Shown: piece after piece, positions 45,043-53,165 of the stretch
Position numbering within the stretch: the stretch's first letter is position 1
Layout of the letters: the number at the start of each line of letters is the position of its first letter
Origin: an uncultured Verrucomicrobiota bacterium
GTDB lineage: Bacteria; Verrucomicrobiota; Verrucomicrobiia; Limisphaerales; JADLHS01
DNA length: 53,165 nt
Reading direction: 5' to 3'
Assembly: GCA_937894935.1 (NCBI GenBank)
Contig: CALAYC010000332.1
Coordinates: forward strand, 1 to 53,165
Program-made: the position numbers and the translations under genes
Notes under the pieces: generated by a model
What the model was told of the DNA's origin: nothing
The model's input: the letters and a program-made list of their open reading frames with translations, nothing else
Database searches by the model: none

Positions 45043-45459
45043 TCATTCCCAGGCTTTGTACGGCGCCCCGCTGCCCGTGAGGAAAACGCCGCACTTGGGA
45101 CATTTGCCCGGCTGCTTCCATTCGCGAATGCGATGCCGCTCGCCCACCGGACACATCAGGCGATATTTCACCCAGCGATAATCCTTGCCGCGCCCGATGA
45201 GCAGCCGGTTCACCGCGTCCACAAATGTGGGCGGTTTTTCATCTGACGGCCCGGGGTCGAAGGGGGTGGGTTTCAGCTTCCATGGTTTAACTTTGGTGGG
45301 CGTGGTGGGCACTTTGAGTTCGACCACGGCATCGTGCAATTCACGACAATCCAGACAATGAATGGTCTGCACAACGAGTTGCGCGCCGGAGTCGCGCCCG
45401 CCGGCAACCTGGGCGCGATACCCACACTTCTCGCACTCAAAGAGATAAGTCCGTCCCAT
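45043..45459 (-). CDS. Hypothetical double zinc-ribbon protein
   Basis: CEKCG...CLDC and MCPVG...CPKCG pairs are present. I recognised no family. Confidence 0.45.
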   Translation of the reverse strand: MGRTYLFECEKCGYRAQVAGGRDSGAQLVVQTIHCLDCRELHDAVVELKVPTTPTKVKPWKLKPTPFDPGPSDEKPPTFVDAVNRLLIGRGKDYRWVKYRLMCPVGERHRIREWKQPGKCPKCGVFLTGSGAPYKAWE

Positions 45460-45697
45460 GCGTCGCTATCCAAACGCACGTTGCTGAATCAGCGCACGTG
45501 CGAGCCTAAAGTTGATGCGTATTAACCATGATTCCGCGCGAGAAAACGATGGAAATATAGTTCGCATTCAACCCCAGTGGGCGTAAGGTAAATTTGAATT
45601 TAACCAGATCCTCCAAGGCGGCTCGCTCGGCGCCCTGCATCATTCGGCTGGATTCTCCGAACCATGTGCCCGTTCGGCATGAGAAAGTGAGTTCGAT

Positions 45698-45925
45698 ATG
45701 ACCATTGTGTTACAGCGGAAGGGCGATTCAAAATACATCCGTACGCGTAGCGGTGCTTGGACCGCCAAACCAGACGCAGCTTTCGAGTTTAAAGACAGCT
45801 TCTCGGCGTTGATGTATTGTTTAGAACATCATCTGCCCGGGATGCAAATCCAGGTGCGCTTCGTAAATTCTGAGATGAATTTCTATCTGCCCGTCGTGGA
45901 TGTGCCCGAATGTGAGCAGGCGTAA
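45698..45925 (+). CDS. Hypothetical small protein (75 aa)
   Basis: It is an isolated ORF in an otherwise empty interval, with no recognisable motif. Confidence 0.3.
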   Translation: MTIVLQRKGDSKYIRTRSGAWTAKPDAAFEFKDSFSALMYCLEHHLPGMQIQVRFVNSEMNFYLPVVDVPECEQA

Positions 45926-45989
45926 TCCGACCCTGCAAACACGAGGGCGCACTGCTGCGCGTTCTGGACCTTTGCGCTGCGGCGGACCG

Positions 45990-46871
45990 TTACGCTAACC
46001 CGAGGTTTTTTACCACGCGGACGGTCGAGTGCGCTTTATTCAGCGTATAGAAATGCAGTCCCGGCACGCCGGCTTTCAGTAATTCCTCGCATTGCTTCGT
46101 GCAATATTCGATGCCGAACTCAGTCGCTGCTGCGTCGTCCGCCAGCGTATCCAGCTTCGCGTTCAATGCTGCGGGAATTCGCGCGCCGCATATTTGGCTG
46201 AACTTGCGAATCGCTGGCACGCTCAAAATGGAAATCAATCCGGGCACCAGCGGCACTGTCACGCCAAGCTTCGTCAGGTGATCGCGAAATTCGAAGTAAT
46301 CCGCGTTATCGAAAAACAATTGCGTGATGACGAAATCCGCTCCGGCATCAATCTTCTCCTTGAGCCGTTGCCAATCCACGAGCTTGCCTTCTTTGCACGC
46401 GATGTGGCCTTCCGGAAAACCCGCGCAGCCGATGCTGAATCCGTCGCGTTCACGAATGTACTTCACGAGTTGCGCGGAAAATTCGAATCCGCCGGGAGTG
46501 ATTTTAAATTCTCCGCCGCCGGGCGGATCGCCGCGTAGCGCGAGAATGTTTTTGCAACCGATCGCCTGAATTTTGTCCAACAACTCGCCGACCTGTTCGC
46601 GGGTGTGATTTACGCAGGTGAGATGCGCCAGCGCCGTGAGTCCGTGTTCCCGCTGGATGCGATCCACGATCATCAATGTCTTATCCCGCGTGCTGCCGCC
46701 CGCACCGTAAGTGACTGAGCAAAAATCCGGTTTGATTTCCTTCAGGGCGGGAATGTGTTTTTCCAGCAGTGCCTTGTCGCCCTCGTCCGTCTTCGGCGGG
46801 AAAAATTCGAGCGACACGACGGGCTTTCCAGCCGCGCGCTTCGCCGCATAAATGTCGCGAATCAATTGCAT
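45990..46871 (-). CDS. metF: Methylenetetrahydrofolate reductase
   Basis: VSLEFFPPKTDEG...FCSVTYGAGGSTRDKTL...LAHLTCV...NILALRGDPP...ITQLFFD. Confidence 0.93.
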   Translation of the reverse strand: MQLIRDIYAAKRAAGKPVVSLEFFPPKTDEGDKALLEKHIPALKEIKPDFCSVTYGAGGSTRDKTLMIVDRIQREHGLTALAHLTCVNHTREQVGELLDKIQAIGCKNILALRGDPPGGGEFKITPGGFEFSAQLVKYIRERDGFSIGCAGFPEGHIACKEGKLVDWQRLKEKIDAGADFVITQLFFDNADYFEFRDHLTKLGVTVPLVPGLISILSVPAIRKFSQICGARIPAALNAKLDTLADDAAATEFGIEYCTKQCEELLKAGVPGLHFYTLNKAHSTVRVVKNLGLA

Positions 46872-47209
46872 CGCGCCGCATTGTGCGGGAAACGGACGAG
46901 AAAACCAAGCACGCGAACGACCGGAGGAAAACTCCGACGACCAAGCACCAACATCCGGAGAGAAGCCCCAAACTTTGAAGGTTCACGGGACGTTTAGCCT
47001 TATCTCGTCACGAGAAACGCGTGAATTAACGCTAAATTAAACATTCCGAATTCGGGTTAATTCGTGAAATTCGCGGCAAAGCCATTTTGAGTTTGAGCGG
47101 CGAATGAATCGATTTCCGCCCGGACGGTTTTTGTCTGATGGGTGTGAGAAAGTGGATGCGTAATCGCCGTGGCGGAACGAGTCGTTCGCCGCTAACCTGA
47201 AATGCTGCT

Positions 47210-48271
47210 GTGAATACTGTGAAACCAAAAACGTTGCCTGCCCGCGGGGCGATCGCCAATCCGACGAATCGGTTCGAGAAGATCGAATTCGAGCGCGACG
47301 TGGATTGGAATCCGGAGGATGAGCCACTGCCGGCGACGCAATTTTTGCGCGATCACAGTCGCACGATTCTGAATCGCAACGACAGTCCGGACATCGGCTT
47401 CACATATAGCATCAATCCGTATCGCGGTTGCGAGCATGGCTGCATTTATTGTTATGCGCGACCGACGCATGAGTATCTCGGATTTTCGTCGGGATTGGAT
47501 TTCGAGACGCGCATCATGGTGAAGCTGGATGCGCCACAGTTGTTGCGCGCAGAACTTTCATCGCCGAAGTGGCAACCGCAGACCATTTCGATGAGCGGTG
47601 TGACGGATTGTTATCAACCGGTCGAGCGGAAGCTGAAAATCACGCGGGGTTGTCTCGAAGTGCTGGCTGAGTTCCGAAATCCCGTCGGTATCGTGACGAA
47701 AAACGCTCTGGTGGCGCGCGATCTTGATTTGTTGACCGAACTCGCGCGGCACAACGCCGTGGTGGTGTTTGTTTCGGTGACGACGTTGGATTCGGATCTG
47801 CGCAAAGTGATGGAGCCACGTACGTCGCCGCCTGCCGCGCGATTGGCTACGATTCGCAAACTGAGCGAAGCCGGTGTGCCGGTGGGCGTGATGGTCGCGC
47901 CGGTAATTCCCGGTCTGACGGATGCGGAGATTCCGAACATTCTGGCAGCAGCGACGGAAGCCGGAGCGCGCTTTGCGGGTCATGTGGTGTTGCGACTGCC
48001 GTTTGCGGTCGCGCCGTTGTTCGAGGATTGGCTGACGCGGCATTTTCCGGATCGGAAGGAGAAAGTGTTGAATCGGCTGCGGGCCATGCGCGGCGGGAAA
48101 TTGTATGACGCGGATTTCGGCAAACGCATGACGGGTGAAGGCATTTTTGCGGAGCAGATTGAGCAGATGTTCAACGTGGCGCGCCGACGCGTCGGAATTG
48201 CGGAGAATCATCTGCATCTTTCCACCGAATCGTTTCGTCGCCCGGGCGGAACACAACTGGATTTGCTCTGA
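47210..48271 (+). CDS. PA0069-family radical SAM protein
   Basis: NPTNRFEKIEFE...INPYRGCEHGCIYCYARPTHEYLG is the CxxxCxxC cluster in the characteristic context. The start is GTG. The 249-aa minus ORF is an antisense shadow. Confidence 0.85.
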   Translation: MNTVKPKTLPARGAIANPTNRFEKIEFERDVDWNPEDEPLPATQFLRDHSRTILNRNDSPDIGFTYSINPYRGCEHGCIYCYARPTHEYLGFSSGLDFETRIMVKLDAPQLLRAELSSPKWQPQTISMSGVTDCYQPVERKLKITRGCLEVLAEFRNPVGIVTKNALVARDLDLLTELARHNAVVVFVSVTTLDSDLRKVMEPRTSPPAARLATIRKLSEAGVPVGVMVAPVIPGLTDAEIPNILAAATEAGARFAGHVVLRLPFAVAPLFEDWLTRHFPDRKEKVLNRLRAMRGGKLYDADFGKRMTGEGIFAEQIEQMFNVARRRVGIAENHLHLSTESFRRPGGTQLDLL

Positions 48272-48586
48272 CGCTGTTGTCCATTCGTGTTTCGAATACC
48301 TGCGCATTTCATGGGGAAACTCACGTCAGAACATTCGCTTTATGAGGAGGGTTGGCGGAATGGTGCGGGCGGCAGGCGATGAAAAGTAGCAATTATCAGT
48401 GCAGCTAAGTGGTTGTAGCGGGATTGCTGTTTTCAGGGGTTTTGCTGCGAAAACTGAAGACTTATCGCGATGTGGCCACTTTGGGCCACATGACGCGGAT
48501 TTCCAGACATGGGAATCTCACTGGATTTTTGGCCGCAATTCGTTCTTATGTCCGCGACCGTAAACAACCAAGATTAGACCACAACC

Positions 48587-49999
48587 ATGCAACCCGCACG
48601 CAACAACAACCGTTTTGCATTCATTATCGTAACTGCTTTGTTCTTTATGTGGGGATTCATCTCCTGCATGAACGATTTGCTTATTCCGAAATTCAAAGCG
48701 GATTTTGATCTTAACCAGAAACAGGCGAATTTGGTTCAATTTGCATTTTTCGGTGCATACTTTGTTGTATCGCTTGCGTACTTTCTGATTTCGGCGGCAA
48801 AGGGCGATCCGATTAACAAAATCGGGTATAAGAATGGGTTGGTTCTCGGCCTCTTGATTTCCGGTGTTGGTTGTTTTCTGTTTTACCCTGCAGCCGAAAC
48901 CAAGCAATACCCGCTTTTTCTGGGTGCTCTCATCGTGCTGGGCGCAGGCATTACAATAATTCAAATCGCTGCTAATCCTTACGTAACAATTCTGGGTCCG
49001 GAAGAAACGGGGCCCTCTCGGCTTAACCTTTCACAAGGTTTAAATTCACTGGGGTACGTTATCACCCCGCTGATCGGTGGAATCTTACTTTTTGGAGCAA
49101 AAGAAATCTATACAAGCACTGGTGGCGTAGATGCGGTGAAGCTCCCTTACGTGGGCTTGGGCATTGCCTTCGTGATCTTAGCAGCAATTTTCAAATTGAT
49201 CTCCCTGCCGAGTTTCAGTCAGGAAGGGAAGATTGAAGCGGGGGTGAAGGTTTTTCGTCACAAACACTTTGTTTGGGGGTGGTTGGCAATTTTCTTCTAT
49301 GTCGGAAGTGAAGTCACAGTTGGCAGTATTTTGATCAATTATCTCGCGGATGAGAGTGTCATGGGAATGCCCGAAGAAACGTCCGCCAAATTTCTCTCGT
49401 TTTATTGGGGCGGTACGATGATTGGTCGTCTGATGGGCGCAATTTCTTTGAGCGGGGTGCGTGCTTCGAGGAAATATGTTTTCATGGCATTAGCTGCTAT
49501 CGGGGCCACTGGGGTCATCTATCTGAACGCGACATTTAAAGAGAACCTTACCCACGGACATCACATTCCTTTGAATGCAATTTTGCCTTACCTCGGCCTC
49601 GTTGTGCTGAGTTTCGTATTCTTTGTTATTGGGCGGTCGAGTGCTGGCAAAATGATTGGTTTGTTCGCGTTAGTAGCGGTGGTGCTCACCTGTCTTTCGA
49701 TGGGATCAACCGGAGAATGGGCGCTCTGGTCCATCATTGGTATCGGACTGTTTAACTCCATTATGTGGTCTAACATTTTCAGCCTCTCGATCCGGGGGCT
49801 TGGCAAGGATACGAGCCAAGGTAGTTCTCTGCTTGTGATGATGATCGTAGGTGGAGCAATCATGCCGGTGATTCAGGGTGCTTTGATGGATGAATACGGC
49901 GTACGCGCTTCGCTGAGCATTGTTCTGCTGGGTTACGCGTATCTTGCTTTTTATGGCTTTAAAGGCCATCGCATCGGGCGCAAGGAACTGGCGCAATAA
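48587..49999 (+). CDS. MFS sugar transporter, FHS (fucose/glucose/galactose:H+ symporter) type
   Basis: FIIVTALFFMWGFISCMNDLLIPKFKADFDLNQKQANLVQFAFFGAYF is the typical FucP/GluP opening. About 12 TM segments are present. Confidence 0.85.
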   Translation: MQPARNNNRFAFIIVTALFFMWGFISCMNDLLIPKFKADFDLNQKQANLVQFAFFGAYFVVSLAYFLISAAKGDPINKIGYKNGLVLGLLISGVGCFLFYPAAETKQYPLFLGALIVLGAGITIIQIAANPYVTILGPEETGPSRLNLSQGLNSLGYVITPLIGGILLFGAKEIYTSTGGVDAVKLPYVGLGIAFVILAAIFKLISLPSFSQEGKIEAGVKVFRHKHFVWGWLAIFFYVGSEVTVGSILINYLADESVMGMPEETSAKFLSFYWGGTMIGRLMGAISLSGVRASRKYVFMALAAIGATGVIYLNATFKENLTHGHHIPLNAILPYLGLVVLSFVFFVIGRSSAGKMIGLFALVAVVLTCLSMGSTGEWALWSIIGIGLFNSIMWSNIFSLSIRGLGKDTSQGSSLLVMMIVGGAIMPVIQGALMDEYGVRASLSIVLLGYAYLAFYGFKGHRIGRKELAQ

Positions 50000-50025
50000 A
50001 CCGTGCAATACAACTGAACCAAGTT

Positions 50026-51447
50026 ATGAACCGCAGAGAATTCATTCGTAATACAACCATTGCCGCAACCGCCATCGCGCTCGCGCCGTCCGGCGGGTTT
50101 GCGGCCACTTCGAGTTTTCCGGTCGTTCGCACGCCGGAGAACAAACGGCACTTCAAGAGCGTCGCCGTCGAGCGGATGATTGAGAAAATCAAATCGTCCA
50201 TCGGCAACAAAGAGCTCGCATGGATGTTTGAGAACTGTTTCCCGAACACGCTCGATACCACGGTGGATTTCACCATTGTGAACGGTCGGCCCGACACGTA
50301 TGTCATCACGGGCGACATTGATGCGATGTGGCTGCGCGACAGTTCAGCGCAGGTGTATCCCTATCTGGATTTGATGAAAGATGACCAGTCGCTGCAACAG
50401 TTGATTGCCGGCGTGATCAATCGTCAGACCTATTGCATTCACAAAGATCCGTATGCGAATGCGTTTTACAAAGACGAAAACAAACGCGGCGAATGGGCGA
50501 CGGATTTGACGGACATGAAACCCGGCGTGCATGAGCGCAAATGGGAAATCGATTCGCTCTGCTACCCGATTCGCCTCGCGTATCGCTATTGGAAATTGTC
50601 GGGTGACACCACGCCGTTTGATACGGCCTGGCGCGACTCGATTAAATTGATCGTGCGCACGTTCCGGGAACAGCAACGCAAAGATGGCCCGGGCCCGTAC
50701 AAATTTTTGCGGCGGACGGAATGGGCGACGGATTCATTGCCGGGGCGCGGCTACGGCAACCCGGCGAAGCCGGTCGGACTGATTTTCTCGATGTTCCGGC
50801 CGAGCGATGATGCGACGATTTTTCCGTTTTTGATTCCGTCAAATTTCTTCGCCATGGTCAGCTTGCGTCAGGCGGCGGAGATGGTGGAAAAACTTCAAAA
50901 CGACGCCGATCTCGCGAAGCAGTGTCGCGCGCTGGCGGATGAAGTGGAAAAAGCGTTGAAAGAATACGCGGTGGTGAATCATCCGAAGGCCGGAAAAATT
51001 TACGCTTTCGAAGTGGATGCGTACGGCAATTACTACTGCACAGACGATGGTAACATTCCGAACCTGCTGTCGCTGCCGTATCTCGGCGCAGTGAAGCCGA
51101 ACGACAAGATTTATCTCAACACGCGCAAGCTGTTGCTCTCGGCAGATAATCCGTATTGGTGCATCGGCAAAGCGGCAACCGGCCTCGGCGGACCGCACGT
51201 GGGGGTGGACATGATCTGGCCGTTGGGCGTGATCATTGAAGGTCTGACCGCGAAAACCGATCGCGAAGTAAAACGCTGTCTCGACACGTTGCAAAAGACG
51301 CACGCGGGCACGGGCTTCATGCACGAAGCGTTTCACAAGGATGATCCGAAGAAATTCACGCGGTCGTGGTTTGCGTGGGCGAACACGATTTTCGGCGAGT
51401 TTGTGATGAAGACATTCAACGAACGTCCGCATTTGCTGAATAGCTGA
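50026..51447 (+). CDS. Glycoside hydrolase family 125 (DUF1237, exo-alpha-1,6-mannosidase-like) with a Tat-type signal
   Basis: MNRREFIRNTTIAATAIALAP is followed by ITGDIDAMWLRDSSAQVYPYL and WEIDSLCYPIRLAY. Confidence 0.8.
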   Translation: MNRREFIRNTTIAATAIALAPSGGFAATSSFPVVRTPENKRHFKSVAVERMIEKIKSSIGNKELAWMFENCFPNTLDTTVDFTIVNGRPDTYVITGDIDAMWLRDSSAQVYPYLDLMKDDQSLQQLIAGVINRQTYCIHKDPYANAFYKDENKRGEWATDLTDMKPGVHERKWEIDSLCYPIRLAYRYWKLSGDTTPFDTAWRDSIKLIVRTFREQQRKDGPGPYKFLRRTEWATDSLPGRGYGNPAKPVGLIFSMFRPSDDATIFPFLIPSNFFAMVSLRQAAEMVEKLQNDADLAKQCRALADEVEKALKEYAVVNHPKAGKIYAFEVDAYGNYYCTDDGNIPNLLSLPYLGAVKPNDKIYLNTRKLLLSADNPYWCIGKAATGLGGPHVGVDMIWPLGVIIEGLTAKTDREVKRCLDTLQKTHAGTGFMHEAFHKDDPKKFTRSWFAWANTIFGEFVMKTFNERPHLLNS

Positions 51448-51465
51448 AATTATATTCTTCTTCAC

Positions 51466-51500
51466 GCGCCGCTTTGGAGCGATCCGGAGCGGCGTTTTTT
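51466..51500 (+). terminator. Rho-independent terminator after the GH125 gene
   Basis: GCGCCGCT...AGCGGCG is followed by TTTTTTATT. Confidence 0.6.
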
Positions 51501-51598
51501 ATTGTAATGATGACGTTTTGCGGCGGCTCAGGAATGCATGAATGTGACAAGTAATGCGATACCGGGGTTCATCGCTTCCTGCTAAAATCCGGCGCATT

Positions 51599-53165
51599 AT
51601 GAAAGTATCTCGTCACTTTTTTAGTCGTGCGACAGCGGTAATGTTGCTCTCTCTCGTTACCGCTTCCGCGGCATGGCAGCCAGGCAAAGCGCCATTGATG
51701 ACGCGTTGGGCGAAGGACGTTTCGCCGCAAAATGCGCTTCCGGAATATCCGCGCCCACAATTGGTCCGCGCGCAATGGCAAAACCTGAACGGTCTTTGGA
51801 GTTACGCCATTACGCCGCGCGAAGTAGCAAAACCGGAGAAATGGGATGGTGAAATTCTTGTGCCGTTCCCGGTGGAGTCCGCGTTGTCCGGAGTGATGCG
51901 CGCGGTGACGGAGAAAGATCGCTTGTGGTATCGCCGCACGTTTACGGTACCGCGTGAATGGAAGGGGCAACGCGTGGTGTTGCACTTCGGCGCGGTGGAT
52001 TGGGAAACGACGGTGTACGTCAACGGCAAGGAATTGGGAACACACCGCGGTGGCTATGATGGATTCAGCTTTGATATCACCGATGCGCTTAAGAGCAGTG
52101 GCGAGAATGAAATCCTGGTCGCGGTTTGGGATCCGACACATCTCGGTCAGCAACCGATTGGAAAACAGAATCGTCAGCCGCACGGCATCTGGTACACGCC
52201 GACGAGTGGTATCTGGCAAACCGTCTGGCTCGAGCCGGTGAGCGCCGCGCATATCGCCGGTCTCAAACTGACGCCGGATGTGGATGCGGGAACGATTCTG
52301 GTGGCAACGACCACCAAACGTCCATCGGGTAACAGCGCCGCGCAAGCGACGGAAGCGCGCGTGGAAGTTTTCGATGGTCGCACTCGCGTGGCGGAGATGA
52401 CCGTGCCGGTGTTGTTGATGGATAATGACACGACGGCGCTTTCGGAAGCATTGATTACGGTGCCGAAAGCGAAATTGTGGTCGCCGGACACGCCATTTCT
52501 CTATGACCTCAAAGTCACGTTGTTCAACGGTCGCACGAAGATTGACGAGGTGAGTTCTTACTTTGGGATGCGGAAAATTTCTTTGGGCCAGGATGCGCAG
52601 GGCATCACTCGATTGTTTTTAAACAACAAGCCGGTGTTTCAATTCGGGCCGCTGGATCAAGGGTTCTGGCCGGATGGACTTTACACGGCACCGACGGATG
52701 AAGCGTTGCGCTTCGACATCATCGTGACGAAGCAGCTCGGATTCAACATGGCGCGCAAGCACGTGAAAGTGGAGCCGGCGCGCTGGTATTACTGGTGCGA
52801 TAAACTGGGATTACTTGTGTGGCAGGACATGCCGAGCGGTGATCGTCACATTGGCCCGGATCAACCGGACATCGTGCGCACGCCAGAATCGGCGAAGCAA
52901 TATGAGATCGAACTGCGCGAGATGATTGCCGAGCTTTACAACTATCCGTCTATCGTCATGTGGGTGCCGTTCAACGAAGGCTGGGGACAGTTTGATACGG
53001 CACGCATTGCGAAACTGGTGGAAGAACTCGATCCGACGCGATTGGTGAACAGCGTTTCAGGTTGGGCGGATCGCGGTGTGGGCCACGTGCATGATTGGCA
53101 TGTGTATCCCGGACCAGGCGTACCGCCGTTGGAAAAAGCGCGTGCTGCGGTGTTAGGTGAGTTCG
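51599..53165 (+). CDS. Glycoside hydrolase family 2, partial (runs off the 3' edge)
   Basis: Absent from the ORF track because it has no stop. My translation from the ATG at 51599 gives MKVSRHFFSRATAVMLLSLVTASAAWQPGKAPLMTRWAKDV...LPEYPRPQLVRAQWQNLNGLWSY...WYRRTFTVPREWKGQRVVLHFGAVDWETTVYVNGKELGTHRGGYDGFSFDIT..., which is the GH2 sugar-binding domain signature. The 258-aa minus ORF is an antisense shadow. Confidence 0.8.
   Translation, partial: MKVSRHFFSRATAVMLLSLVTASAAWQPGKAPLMTRWAKDVSPQNALPEYPRPQLVRAQWQNLNGLWSYAITPREVAKPEKWDGEILVPFPVESALSGVMRAVTEKDRLWYRRTFTVPREWKGQRVVLHFGAVDWETTVYVNGKELGTHRGGYDGFSFDITDALKSSGENEILVAVWDPTHLGQQPIGKQNRQPHGIWYTPTSGIWQTVWLEPVSAAHIAGLKLTPDVDAGTILVATTTKRPSGNSAAQATEARVEVFDGRTRVAEMTVPVLLMDNDTTALSEALITVPKAKLWSPDTPFLYDLKVTLFNGRTKIDEVSSYFGMRKISLGQDAQGITRLFLNNKPVFQFGPLDQGFWPDGLYTAPTDEALRFDIIVTKQLGFNMARKHVKVEPARWYYWCDKLGLLVWQDMPSGDRHIGPDQPDIVRTPESAKQYEIELREMIAELYNYPSIVMWVPFNEGWGQFDTARIAKLVEELDPTRLVNSVSGWADRGVGHVHDWHVYPGPGVPPLEKARAAVLGEF

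Noticed and set aside
1-53165. CRISPR arrays, rRNA/tRNA/tmRNA genes, transposases, integrases and prophage genes
   Set aside because: I scanned both strands and the intergenic regions by eye. I found no regularly spaced repeats, no cloverleaf-compatible segments and no recombinase or transposase motifs. A covariance-model scan (tRNAscan-SE, Infernal) would be needed to exclude small RNAs formally.

Overview
The window is a high-GC bacterial chromosomal segment. The gene families suggest a PVC/Verrucomicrobiota-like organism, but that is inference only. About 50 genes are recognisable by eye and most are housekeeping: efp, infC, recA, rpiB, rpoZ, smpB, mtgA, rpmB, tcdA, pabB/pabC, pdxA with a surA-like gene, and metF. 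There is also a five-gene translationally coupled envelope operon (ABC ATPase, ABC-2 permease, GldG-like, DUF4340-like, AsmA-like) and a 3' glycan-utilisation cluster (MFS sugar transporter, GH125, GH2). Both edges cut genes: a Ser/Thr kinase at the 5' end (minus strand) and a GH2 hydrolase at the 3' end, and neither is in the ORF track. Many long ORFs in the track are antisense shadows of real genes, which is typical at high GC. Two visibly AT-richer islets look accessory. The first (about 24.6-26.3 kb) encodes a secreted 65-aa Cys/Ser-rich micro-protein. It is followed by a perfect 32-bp palindrome, an unknown membrane-anchored protein and a MauE/DoxX-type redox membrane protein, and a C9 homopolymer lies upstream. 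This is my best candidate for an undescribed system. The second (about 34.8-37.2 kb) is a convergent, 3'-overlapping type II restriction-modification pair. It combines a NotI-fold endonuclease with a Dam-like N6-adenine methyltransferase that carries an extra N-terminal RHH-like segment, and a perfect palindrome abuts a -35-like box. A 97-bp double-hairpin palindromic element sits in frame inside the kinase catalytic domain, and a hairpin-rich in-frame segment sits inside pabB. I saw no rRNA, tRNA, CRISPR array or transposase. All family assignments come from motif recognition by eye, with no searches run.
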